Source: an uncultured Actinomycetes bacterium
GTDB lineage: Bacteria > Actinomycetota > Thermoleophilia > Gaiellales > JAICJC01
Reading direction: 5' to 3'
Assembly: GCA_963729195.1 (NCBI GenBank)
Contig: CAVSNF010000024.1
Coordinates: 293,793-357,792 of the forward strand
Length of the DNA: 64,000 nucleotides
Below, one piece after another: positions 19,233-28,126 of this stretch. Positions within the stretch are counted from its first letter, which is position 1. Each line of letters opens with the position of its first letter. Under the pieces are notes generated by a model. The model was not told the origin of the DNA. It ran no database searches and saw only the letters and a program-made list of their open reading frames with translations. A program made the position numbers and the translations under genes.

Positions 19233-19337
19233 GCCGTCCTCCTCGGTGGGGTCTGGGTGACACCACAGATGGTCGGGCACAGCCACATGTCTGCACAGGG
19301 GATTGGCCGCCAGATCAGTGTCGGAAAACCGCCAGCT

Positions 19338-20417
19338 TCAGCCCAGCGGGACGACGGCAGTAACCGTGGTCCCCTGGCCGGGAGGGCTCTCGACGGTGAG
19401 CGTGCCGCCGACGGCGTCCAGGCGGTCCGTCAGCCCCGCAAGCCCGCCTCCATCCTCGAGCATCGCACCGCCGATTCCGTCGTCGACGATCCTCAAAGCA
19501 ACCTCGCGATCCGAGATTGTGAGCACAAGCTCGACGCGGCCGGCATGCGCGAACTTGGCGACGTTGACGAGTGCCTCGGCCGCGATGTAGTAGAGCGCGA
19601 CCTCGAGTGGTTCCGGCAGGCGCTCTTCGGACACGGCGACCGAGACCTCCGCAGGTGAACGCAGCGCGAGCCCGCGCAGCGCTCCGGCAAGCCCGGTCTC
19701 GGTGAGCGACGCCGGATGGATACCGCGGGCCAGCTCGCGCAGCTCCGCGATGGCCAGGCCGGTCTCCTCCTGGGCGGCGTCGACCAGTTCGGTGAGGCGA
19801 TCCGGCAGCTCCTGCTCCATCGCCATCTGCCTGAGGAAGAGGCCGATCGTGACCAGCCGCTGTTGCGCTCCGTCATGCAGGTTTCGCTCGATTCGGCGAC
19901 GCTCCCGGTCTGCCGACTCGACCACGCGAGCGCGCGAGTCTCTCAGCTCCTGCTCTGCCCGCTTTCGATCGGTGATATCCCGCAGGTATGCCGTGAACAG
20001 CGGAGGACCGTCGAGCGGCACGCGGGTCACGGTCAATTCCACTGGGAACTCCGTGCCTTCGGCACGCATGCCCGTCAACTCGACGCGTCTGTTCAGGATC
20101 GCCTCCTCGCCCGTTTCGAGATGCCGCGCGAAGGCCGCGTAGTGCCGCTCGCGCAGGCCGGGTGGAATGATGAACTCGGCGACGTTGCGGCCCAGAACCG
20201 CCGGTGCGGAGTAGCCGAACATCTCTTCCGCCGCCCGGTTGAAGTTGAGCACCGACCCCGTGCCGTCGATGGTGATGACGGCGTCCAGCGACGATGCGAG
20301 CATCGCCTCGAGCAGCGCTGCGAGACCTCGGCTATCAGCGCGGTCCGTCAATGCGGTAAAACATACCGTGTGCCCGGGGATGATTCGACGCTGAAGGCGG
20401 TGGTCGCCGAGGATCAA
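19338..20417 (-). CDS. cytoplasmic PAS-domain sensor histidine kinase (HisKA_3/NarL-partner type)
   Basis: PAS: SSLDAVITIDGTGSVLNFNRAAEEMFGY. H-box: ERRRIERNLHDGAQQRL. HATPase_c: LVNVAKFAHA...DDGIGGA...GLAGLTDRLDAVGGTLTVESPPGQGT. The start is uncertain (20417, TTG 20351 or ATG 20303). Confidence 0.8.
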   Translation of the reverse strand: MILGDHRLQRRIIPGHTVCFTALTDRADSRGLAALLEAMLASSLDAVITIDGTGSVLNFNRAAEEMFGYSAPAVLGRNVAEFIIPPGLRERHYAAFARHLETGEEAILNRRVELTGMRAEGTEFPVELTVTRVPLDGPPLFTAYLRDITDRKRAEQELRDSRARVVESADRERRRIERNLHDGAQQRLVTIGLFLRQMAMEQELPDRLTELVDAAQEETGLAIAELRELARGIHPASLTETGLAGALRGLALRSPAEVSVAVSEERLPEPLEVALYYIAAEALVNVAKFAHAGRVELVLTISDREVALRIVDDGIGGAMLEDGGGLAGLTDRLDAVGGTLTVESPPGQGTTVTAVVPLG

Positions 20418-21035
20418 CCGCTCCTCCGGGACGGAATCGCATCACTGCTCGAGGTTGGCGGATTCGACGTGGTCGGCCGCTGCGAGAACGCCGACGACCT
20501 GCTCCTGAAAGTGCGCTCCTACGCGCCGGACGTGGCCATCGTCGATATCCGAATGCCGCCGACGTTCACCGACGAGGGCCTGCAGGCGGCGGCCGCGATC
20601 CGCGCCAACCATCCCGAAACCGGTGTGCTGGTGCTGTCCCAGCATGTCGAACCGGAGCAGGCCGCACGCCTGATGGCGAGCGCCACGGAGGGGATCGGGT
20701 ACCTCCTCAAGGAACGTGTCCGCGACGGGCAGTCGTTCATCGACGCGGTTACCCGCGTCGCCACAGGCGGCACGGCGTTCGACTCGCAGGTGATCGCCGC
20801 CCTGGTTGCGGGCAAGGGACACACCGCCGGCGAGCGACTCAGCGAGCGTGAACTGCGGGTGCTATCGCTGATGGCGGAGGGGCTGTCGAACGCGGCGATC
20901 GGCGAAACGCTCTTCCTTAGCTCCCGCGCTGTGGAGCGAGATATCTCCTCGATCTTCACCAAGCTCGATTTGCCGCCAGCCGAGGAACACAACCGCCGTG
21001 TGCTCGCGGTGCTTGCCTTTCTGGGCATGCGATAA
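20370..21035 (+). CDS. NarL/FixJ-family response regulator (REC + LuxR HTH)
   Basis: GTG 20370 within track ORF 19716..21035. LKAVVAEDQPLLRDG...PDVAIVDIRMPP (phospho-Asp)...LSERELRVLSLMAEGLSNAAIGETLFLSSRAVERDISSIFTKL. Confidence 0.85.
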   Translation: MPGDDSTLKAVVAEDQPLLRDGIASLLEVGGFDVVGRCENADDLLLKVRSYAPDVAIVDIRMPPTFTDEGLQAAAAIRANHPETGVLVLSQHVEPEQAARLMASATEGIGYLLKERVRDGQSFIDAVTRVATGGTAFDSQVIAALVAGKGHTAGERLSERELRVLSLMAEGLSNAAIGETLFLSSRAVERDISSIFTKLDLPPAEEHNRRVLAVLAFLGMR

Positions 21036-21203
21036 ACGGCGACGTCGGCATCTCACGAATCTCTCACAGTGCGCAGGGGAAGATCCAGGTCTGCGGGCGG
21101 CCCGGGGGCCAGCCCGCGGCACGCTCGGGCCGGGTGGCTTTCTTCTTCCATGCGGACACCATCCGGCCCGTGCGGCTACCGCCCTGTCGCTACCATCGGG
21201 CGC

Positions 21204-21641
21204 ATGACGATCGAACGCATGGAGCATGTGGGGATCGTGGTCGACGACCTCGCGGCTGCCACGGCGTTCTTCGCCGAACTCGGACTCGAGTTGCAGGGCG
21301 GCGGGCTGGTCGAAGGCGATTGGGTGGACCGCGTGGTGGGACTCGAGGGCATCCGAGCGGAGATCGCCATGATGGAGACCCCCGACGGTCACGGACGCGT
21401 GGAACTCGTGAAGTTTCACTCCCCATCGGCCCGCGACGGTGACCGGCACGCGCCCTCGAACACCCTGGGCATCCGCCATCTCGCATTCAGAGTCGACGAC
21501 CTCGACGCCGCGGTCGAGAGCTTGCGAGCCCACGGCGGCGAACTGGTTGGCGAGGTGGAGCGCTACAAAGACATCTATCGGCTCTGCTACGTCTCCGGCC
21601 CGGAGGGGATCATCGTCGAACTGGCGGAGAAGATCGGCTGA
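21204..21641 (+). CDS. VOC/glyoxalase-bleomycin resistance family protein (single domain)
   Basis: ATG 21204 MTIERMEHVGIVVDDLAAATAFFAELGLEL...GIRHLAFRVDDLDAAVESLRAHGGE...GPEGIIVELAE. Confidence 0.75.
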   Translation: MTIERMEHVGIVVDDLAAATAFFAELGLELQGGGLVEGDWVDRVVGLEGIRAEIAMMETPDGHGRVELVKFHSPSARDGDRHAPSNTLGIRHLAFRVDDLDAAVESLRAHGGELVGEVERYKDIYRLCYVSGPEGIIVELAEKIG

Positions 21642-21675
21642 GCGGAAAAGGGTGGACGAACTCGTCGGCTACGGC

Positions 21676-22416
21676 TCAGCCCTGGTTGTGGTTGACGACC
21701 TCGACGTTGTGCCCGTCCGGGTCGAGCACGAACGCGCCGTAGTAGCCCGGGTGGTAGACCGCGCGCTCGCCCGGCGCGCCATGGTCATCGTAGCCCGCTG
21801 CGAGCGCGGCGGCGTGAAACGCGCGCACCGTGGCGTTCTCACGCGCGGGGAACGCGAGGTGGACGTGCTCGGTGAGCGGCCGCTCGTCCCGGACGAGCGA
21901 GAAGCTGTAGTCCGGGCCGGAGAGCTGCACCCAGCCGGACTCGTCGTGCGCCAGGCGCAGCCCGGCGTACGGGGCGATCGTCGTGTAGAACCGCCGGGAG
22001 GCCTGCAGGTCGCGGACGCGGATCGACAGGTGGTCAACGTGGCCGTCAGGCACCGCGTCCTCGCGGTCATAGTGAACCGCCTCGACGCTGTGTCCGTCGG
22101 GGTCGAGCAGGAACCCGCCGTAGTACGACGGGCCGTACTGCGTGCGCGGCCCCGGCGCGCCGTCGTCGCGGTATCCCGCGTCGACGCCTGCCTGCCAGAA
22201 CGCGTCGACCTGTGCGCGGTCGCGGGCTCGGAAGCCGACGTGGAGCCCGCGGGCCACCGGGTGCTCGCGGTCCGTCGGCCCGATCACCCATTCGTCCCAC
22301 TCGACCAGCTCGGCATCCGCATGGCTGGGCTCGACGCCCAGGACGCTCAGGACGGTGCGGTAGAAGCGCTCGGAGGCCGCCAGGTCTGAGACAGCGATGA
22401 CGACGTGGTCGAACAT
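21676..22416 (-). CDS. tandem VOC/glyoxalase-family protein
   Basis: Intact 246 aa with two repeats: MFDHVVIAVSDLAASERFY...GGFLLDPDGHSVEAV and VDHLSIRVRDLQASRRFY...GAFVLDPDGHNVEVV. Confidence 0.75.
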   Translation of the reverse strand: MFDHVVIAVSDLAASERFYRTVLSVLGVEPSHADAELVEWDEWVIGPTDREHPVARGLHVGFRARDRAQVDAFWQAGVDAGYRDDGAPGPRTQYGPSYYGGFLLDPDGHSVEAVHYDREDAVPDGHVDHLSIRVRDLQASRRFYTTIAPYAGLRLAHDESGWVQLSGPDYSFSLVRDERPLTEHVHLAFPARENATVRAFHAAALAAGYDDHGAPGERAVYHPGYYGAFVLDPDGHNVEVVNHNQG

Positions 22417-22569
22417 CCGGCCAAGGGTACCGTGCGCGGCGGCGAGGCAGGATCAGGCCAGTCCCGAGAGGGTTCGAAAGGGGCCATGCGGTCATGGTTC
22501 AGCAAAATCGACGAAACGTCTGTCACACTTGGAGCTTGTGCGGCGTGTAGGTGGTATGGAGGTATTCCT

Positions 22570-23067
22570 GTGAGCGTCCCCGGTGTGGCTGGGGCGACTG
22601 ATCGAGTTGAGAGTTTGTTTCGCTCGAATGAGCGGCGGCTGGGCCAGTTTCTGGTGCAGATGGTGCGAGATCGGGCGCTGGCTGAGGATCTGCTGCAGGA
22701 GACGTTCGAGGCGGTGCTGCGAGCGCGCGACCAGATCGATCAGGTGGACGACGTGGATGCGTGGCTGTTTGGGATCGCGCGGCATCGGGCGCTGCGGTCG
22801 ATGCGCGGCGGGTGGCGCTTGCGGCGCGCGGTTGATCGGTTGTGGGCGCGGGGTGAGCGTGTCGAGAGCGAGCGCGACGGCATCCATGAGGTGATGGATG
22901 TGCTGGATCGCACGCTCACCCCGGATGACCGATCGCTGGTGGTGCTGCGCTATGTGCATGGCTTTGACGCCCCGGCGCTGGCCGAGTTGACCGGACGGAG
23001 TCCGGCAGCAATCAGGAAACGCCTTGAGCGCGCCTGCGAGGCGCTTCGGAAGGAGATCGAACGGTGA
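22570..23067 (+). CDS. ECF-type RNA polymerase sigma factor
   Basis: GTG 22570 within ORF 22405..23067. Region 2: LAEDLLQETFEAVLRA...DAWLFGIARHRALR. Region 4: LTPDDRSLVVLRYVHGFDAPALAELTGRSPAAIRKRLERA. About 165 aa. Confidence 0.8.
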   Translation: MSVPGVAGATDRVESLFRSNERRLGQFLVQMVRDRALAEDLLQETFEAVLRARDQIDQVDDVDAWLFGIARHRALRSMRGGWRLRRAVDRLWARGERVESERDGIHEVMDVLDRTLTPDDRSLVVLRYVHGFDAPALAELTGRSPAAIRKRLERACEALRKEIER

Positions 23068-24122
23068 CCGACGTACACGAACAGACGATCCGGCAGTTTC
23101 TCGAGCCACTGCGCTCGATCGAGCCGGTGACCCGGCCCACGCCTCATACCGCCCGCCGGCCACAGCGCGGCAGGCACGTGGTCGAGTACGCGGCGATCGC
23201 GTTGGGCGTGGTCGCGCTGGTAGGCGCTGATCGCGTTTCTGAGTCACCGCTCCGGTAGCGCGCAACCAGCGGGCAGCCGTACGTCGACACGGCCACGCGC
23301 TCGTTCGCCACAGCCCGGGGCTGGATCACCGTGGGCGGCGACACGGTGTGGGCGTTCGACCCAACTGACCCCGCTCGGCGAGTAGTGCTGTGGCACCACC
23401 CGGGCGACCCCATGGCCTGGTCGAAGGACGGCACCAAGCTGCTGATCGACGGCTTCAACGCGGGATTCGTCGTGGTTCGAGGCCGACGGCTCGGTCACGC
23501 GCATCGCCCCGAGCGAGAACTCGGCCGGCGGTACCTTCACCCGCGACGGCTCGGAGGTGATCTACTCACGGCTCGGGAAACATCTATCGCGTCAGCACCC
23601 ACGGCGGCCATGCGCACGTGATCGCCCGGGCATGATGCCGTTCTCCACGGGTGGCCTGCTCTCCCCCGACGGGACGACGCTGGCGCTTCAGACCAACGGG
23701 GCCACCACCCTGGACATCACCAACGGCCACCGGCACACCGTGCTGACCGCGGCCCAGGTGAAGGCCCTCAACCACGACAAGCTCGCCAACCAGGTAAGCC
23801 CTCTGGCCTGGTATCCCGACGGCACCCGGCTGCTCATGATCGCGCTCAATCAGAGTGCGCACCCACTGCTACACATTTTCCATCGGCCTCGACGGCCGCG
23901 GGTACCAGCGCGTCGGCCCCAAGGGCTTCTGCCCAATCCGCGCCACCTACTCAGGGCGACGGCAGTCACTTCGCGTTCCTTCTGAGTGAGCACCCCGGAC
24001 GCTTCGGACAATTCGGCATCCTGCCGACGGCCGAGGGCACTCACCACCTCCGCGGATTCCAAATCCCACACACCATGCTCAGCATCAACCTCGCCTGGAA
24101 CCCGCTCACAGCCCGAGGGTAA
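23064..24122 (+). pseudogene. putative anti-sigma factor with single TM and extracytoplasmic PD40/TolB-like beta-propeller repeats, multiply frame-disrupted
   Basis: GTGA overlap with the sigma stop. MTDVHEQTIRQFLEPL..., TM VVEYAAIALGVVALV. Fragments in shifting frames follow: GWITVGGDTVWAFDPTDP...MAWSKDGTKLLI, EADGSVTRIAPSENSAGGTFTRDGSEVIYS, GNIYRVSTHGGHAHVIA, LLSPDGTTLALQTNG...LAWYPDGTRLLM, ...GSHFAFLLSE...SINLAWNPLTARG*, with TAA at 24120-24122. Confidence 0.55.
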
Positions 24123-24294
24123 CCGGGGGCGAGGAGCAAGCCATCTTCGCGGCAGCATCGGGCCGCCTACACCCCCGACACCGGGCTCGTGCCACGGTTA
24201 CCGGGTAGCAGCGAACTCAGCGGGGAAAACCTGGCCTCTAGGGCGCTTGGCTAAGCCGATCTCACACTTCCCTTGGCATCCCGCCTCGGCCGGT

Positions 24295-24329
24295 GGCCCC
24301 AGATCCCCTGTCGACAGGGGATCTGGGCC
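24295..24329. terminator. bidirectional stem-loop between convergent genes
   Basis: CCAGATCCCCTG-tcga-CAGGGGATCTGG: a 12-bp perfect stem with a 4-nt loop, plus flanking GC pairs. It lies between the anti-sigma stop (24122) and the DUF805 stop (24341). Confidence 0.55.
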
Positions 24330-24340
24330 ATCAAGAACCG

Positions 24341-24718
24341 TTAGGCCGGCTCGGGAGTCGCCCCGTACCGGTTCGACTCGCGGTTGCCTTCCAGTGCGTA
24401 GAACACGATCAGCACGATCCATCCGACAATCGGAATGAGGCCGATGAGAATCCACCAGCCCGAACGGTTGGTGTCGTGCAGCCGCCGGATGGCCACACCG
24501 AGGCTTGGGAGCAGCACCGCCAGGCCGTAGATGCTGCCAATCAACTGTCCCGAAGACCCGAAGATCGCCTCGCAGACCACGTCGATGACAATCGAGATGA
24601 TGATGTTGATGAGGGTGAACCACCAGAACTCCGGGCGTCCAGCTCTCCCGCTGAACACCGTGTACTTCCGGATGACCTCGGTATACCAGTGCATATACGC
24701 CTCCCGTGGGGTCAGCAC
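24341..24718 (-). CDS. DUF805-family inner membrane protein
   Basis: YTEVIRKYTVFSGRAGRPEFWWFTLINIII...LPSLGVAIRRLHDTNRSGWWILIGLIPIVGWIVLIVF...GNRESNRYG is the classic DUF805 pattern. ATG 24694 is an alternative start. Confidence 0.8.
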   Translation of the reverse strand: MLTPREAYMHWYTEVIRKYTVFSGRAGRPEFWWFTLINIIISIVIDVVCEAIFGSSGQLIGSIYGLAVLLPSLGVAIRRLHDTNRSGWWILIGLIPIVGWIVLIVFYALEGNRESNRYGATPEPA

Positions 24719-24937
24719 GAAACGGGCCGGACCTCCGGCCTCGCCACCTGCCCAAGCATCGAAGCCTGACGTGAGTCAGAACCAGTGTCAAGTGTCGGCA
24801 GCACGCGACGGGTGCATGAGAAAAGCCTCGAGCCCAGTACCGCCCATGGCCGCCGCCGACCGTCGCGGCGATGATGGGACACTCGCGCCCTCCACCACGG
24901 GCCGCGGAGTTTGACTGTGGGAGCGGGCTTCTGGAAA

Positions 24938-25011
24938 AGCGGCTGAAGGGACTCGAACCCTCGACCTTCTGCATGGCAAGCAGACGCTCTAGCCAACTGA
25001 GCTACAGCCGC
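24938..25011 (-). tRNA. tRNA-Gly: tRNA-Gly (GCC)
   Basis: Reverse complement: GCGGCTGTAGCTCAGTTGGCTAGAGCGTCTGCTTGCCATGCAGAAGGTCGAGGGTTCGAGTCCCTTCAGCCGCT. Acceptor GCGGCTG/CAGCCGC, anticodon stem TCTGC/GCAGA, loop TTGCCAT. Confidence 0.93.
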
Positions 25012-25310
25012 ACGGCGACCACGAGTATAGCCGTGCCGCGCCGCTCAAACCCCACCAACGTCGGGGGTGAATAACGGTGCCTGGCACCGTTATTCACTCG
25101 CTCGCGCTGCTTGACGTCGAGGCGGCGGAGGACGTCCCACAGGCGGCTGACGTGCTCCTTCTTGTCGTCCACGATTCGCTGCACGACTTCCTTGGCGGCC
25201 TCGTCGGAGAGGGTGAAGGCCTGGGCCTCGTACCGGTTGATCGCCTCGAGCTCGGAGGCGAGGTTCTGGCGGATCGTCTGCAGGTCGGCGGTCAGCTCTG
25301 TCAGTCTCAT
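25002..25310 (-). CDS. small two-helix ferritin-fold protein, EncFtn-like (3' end uncertain)
   Basis: ATG 25310, 7 nt after the aldehyde dehydrogenase stop. SELEAINRYEAQAFTLSDEAAKEVVQRIVDDKKEHVSRLWDVLRRLD aligns residue for residue with the encapsulated-ferritin pattern EELEAVDWY-(26)-H...LRR as I recall it. The ORF as written reads through the palindromic repeat and 10 nt into tRNA-Gly. Confidence 0.5.
   Translation of the reverse strand: MRLTELTADLQTIRQNLASELEAINRYEAQAFTLSDEAAKEVVQRIVDDKKEHVSRLWDVLRRLDVKQRERVNNGARHRYSPPTLVGFERRGTAILVVAVRL
25067..25097. repeat. AT-rich palindromic repeat, copy 1
   Basis: GTGAATAACGGTGCC-T-GGCACCGTTATTCAC with 15-nt perfect arms. Identical to copy 2 at 56882. 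Confidence 0.9.
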
Positions 25311-25317
25311 GAGGTTC

Positions 25318-26807
25318 TCACTGGTTGTCGATCTGGGCTCGTTGCAGCTGTCCGGAGTAGTCGACGTACACCGACTTCCACTCCGTGTAGGTGTCCAGCG
25401 CCGCGGTGCCGGCTTCGCGATGACCGTTGCCGGTGTACTTGGTGCCCCCGAACGGCAGCTGGATCTCGGCGCCGATCGTACCCGCATTGATGTAGGTGAT
25501 GCCGGTGTCGAGGTCGCGGATCGCCCGAAACGCGGCGTTCACGTCGGCGGTGTAGATCGCGCTCGAGAGCCCGTACTCGACCCGATTGGAGATGTCGATG
25601 GCATCGCCCAGATCCTTGCATCGGATCAGCGCCGTCGCCGGGCCGAAGATCTCCTCGGTGGCGACCCGCATGTCGCGCTCGACGTCGCCGTAGATGGTCG
25701 GGTGGTAGTAGTAGCCGCTGGAGCCGTCCGTCCAATGCTCTCCGCCGGTGAGGATGCTGGCCCCGTCGTCGCGGGCGATGCCCGGTGTAGCGGTGCACCT
25801 TGTCCAGCGCCGCCTGGTTGATCAGCGGGCCGACGTCGGTCTCGGGATCCAGCCCGTTTCCGATTCGCAGCGCCTCGGCTCGCTCGCACCAGCCGCTGCG
25901 CCAGCCCGTCGTACACGCGCTCGTGCACGATCACGCGGCTGGCGGCGGTGCAGCGCTGGCCGCTGGTGCCAAACGCGCTCCAGAGGATGCCGTCGGCGGC
26001 GTTGTCCAGATCGGCGTCGTCCATCACGATGATGGCGTTCTTGCCGCCCAGCTCGAGGTGGATTCGCTTGAGCGTGGCCGCGCCCTGAGTGGCGACGTGA
26101 ATGCCCGTCTCCTTCGAGCCCGTGAAGGTCACAACCTTCACGTCGGGGTGGGTGATCAACCGCTCACCCACCACCGCGCCACTGCCGTGGACGATGTTGA
26201 TGACACCCGGCGGCAGGCCCGCCTCCTCGAAGATCTGAACCAGCAGCTCACCCAAGAGCGGCGTGTCGGCGGCCGGCTTGAACACCGCGGTGTTGCCCGT
26301 CACCAGCGCCGGCATCAGCTTCCAGGTCGGGATCGCCATCGGGAAGTTGAACGGCGTGATCACCGCCACCACCCCCATCGGCTGGCGCACGCTCATGGCA
26401 AACTTGTCGGGCATCTCGGCGGGCACCGTCTGACCGAACATGCGCCGGCCCTCGCCGGCCATGTAGTAGGTCATGTCGATGCCCTCCTGGACATCGCCGC
26501 CGGCCTCGGCCAGCACCTTGCCCATCTCTCGGGTCATCATCTCGGTCAGCTCGGGCTTGCGGTCGCGCAGCGCCTCGGCCACCCGAAACAGGATCTCGGC
26601 CCGCTTGGGCGCGGGATACAGGCGCCAGCTCTGGTAGGCCTCGTGGGCGGCGGCCACCGCTCTGTCGGTATCCCCCACGGTCGATTTGGGGAACGACCCC
26701 AGCAGCGAGCCGTCCGCCGGGCTGTGGTTCTCAAACCGCTCCCCGGACTCGGACTCAACCCACGATCCACCCACATAGTTTCGGTACTCGCCGGCGGCAA
26801 CCGCCAT
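25318..26807 (-). pseudogene. NAD(P)-dependent aldehyde dehydrogenase, frame-disrupted as written (two +1 insertions)
   Basis: ATG 26807 MAVAAGEYRNYVGGSWVES...[27 protein letters not shown]...LELGGKNA (Glu)...[16 protein letters not shown] (Cys). Hop at ~25887 to [35 protein letters not shown]. Hop at CCC 25781-25783 to IARDDGASILTGG...EEIFGPATALI...YGLSSAIYT...PFGGTKYTGNGHREAG. Confidence 0.85.
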
Positions 26808-26840
26808 CTACTGCCTCCTCATCGCAATCGCGGGCACACT

Positions 26841-28084
26841 CTACTCACCGCGCACCGCGAGCACGCGCAGCAGCTCATCCACCCGTGCATCCACAACCTC
26901 GAGCTCGCCGGGGGCCACACTGGCACTGTCCTGCATGCCGTGCCCGGTCACGATCGAGACGATCAGGGTGCGGGCGGGAACGTCGCCTCGCTGGGCGAGC
27001 TTGATCGTGGCGGCGATCGGCGCGGCCGCCGACAGATCGGCCCACACGCCCTCGAACTCGCCGAGCATCATCCGGGCCTGCTCCAGCTCGGCTTCGGACA
27101 CGCGCACCACCAACCCCTCCGACTCGACCACCGCCTGCAGCGTCTGCACCGTCCCGGTGACGCCGGCGAGCGCCTTGGCGCCGGTCATCGCCTGCGAGGA
27201 CGGCGACACCCAGTCCTTGCCGCCGGCCAGCGCGCTGGCCACCGCCCCGGACACCTCGACCGCGACCATCCGCGGGATGCGGTCGATCACGCCCCAGGCG
27301 ACCAGCTCGCGAAAGCCTCGCCACACTCCCTGGATGCCGTCTCCCAAGCCCGGCCGGAACGATCGCCAGATCGGGCGCGCTGAAGCGCAGCTGCTCGACG
27401 ATCTCGTAGGCGATCGTGCGATAGCCCTCGATCGAGAGCGGGTCGCCGCCGATCGGAGGCGAGGTGCGATTGGAGAACGAGCGCCAGCCCAGTGACCGCT
27501 CGGCACTGGCCAGAAGCGGCCAGCGTTCGGCCGCCGATCGCACCGCCACCACCCTCCCGCCGACGGCTTCCATGGCGTCGCGGGTGCGCGGGTCGAGGTC
27601 GGGATCGACCAGGCCGACCGACCGCAGGCCCGCCCGGGCGGCGTAGGCGGCCATCGAGATCGCCAGCGCATCGTCTCCGGCGGTCCCCAGCGTGGATTCA
27701 CGATCCTCGATCTGTGACACCGCCAGCGCCGCAAACCGATCGCGCCAGCTGCCGGTGGGGTTGGCCCGCTCGTCCTTCAGAAACAGCCGCCGCAGCCCCA
27801 GCTCGGCCCCCAGACCGTGGGAGGCAATCAGCGGGCGTATCACCCTCCCCCAGGGTCACCAGCCGGTCGCGAGGCACCGGCAACTGGGTGGCATACCGCG
27901 CCAGCCCGCGACCGGTGAGCTTGCCCGGCTTGAGCGCAACCATGCGGGCATACACCGGGGCCACATTCGCCGGCGCACCTTCCGACGAGCACGACGGACA
28001 GCCGCCCGGCATCGATACCACTGGATAGCGGCGCCTGCACCTGAGGCACTCCAATGCGCTCGGAACAGCCATCACCGCGAGCAT
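26841..28084 (-). pseudogene. threonine-synthase-like (Trp-synthase-beta fold) protein with N-terminal Cys4 zinc ribbon; canonical PLP lysine absent; two +1 frameshifts
   Basis: LECLRCRRRYPV...GGCPSC (Zn ribbon)...VTLGEGDTP. Hop at ~27840 to LIASHGLGAELGLRRLFLKDERANPTGSWRDRFAALAV, where canonical proteins have NPTGSFKDR. It reads TAGDDALA where S-x-G-N is expected. Hop at ~27330 to GDGIQGVWRGFRELVAWGVIDRIPRMVAVEVSG...IVSIVTGHGMQD. Minus-strand frames run 1>0>2. Confidence 0.65.
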
Positions 28085-28126
28085 ACCCCTTGCAAGGGCG
28101 GGTATCCTCTAGGAGTGATCTATTGC

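Noticed and set aside
22494-22521. Candidate ECF-type promoter (GGTTCA-N15-CGTCT) upstream of the ECF sigma gene
   Set aside because: The -35 deviates from GGAAC and the spacer is shorter than the usual 16-17 nt. With no comparative data this is indistinguishable from chance.
24198-24996. 258-aa, 94-aa and 63-aa minus-strand ORFs spanning the tRNA-Gly region
   Set aside because: They overlap a high-confidence tRNA and the DUF805 gene in other frames, and their composition is not protein-like.
25800-27383. 527-aa plus-strand ORF
   Set aside because: It is antisense to the aldehyde dehydrogenase and ThrC-like genes. The translation is low-complexity (H/R/G/L-rich) with no recognisable motifs.
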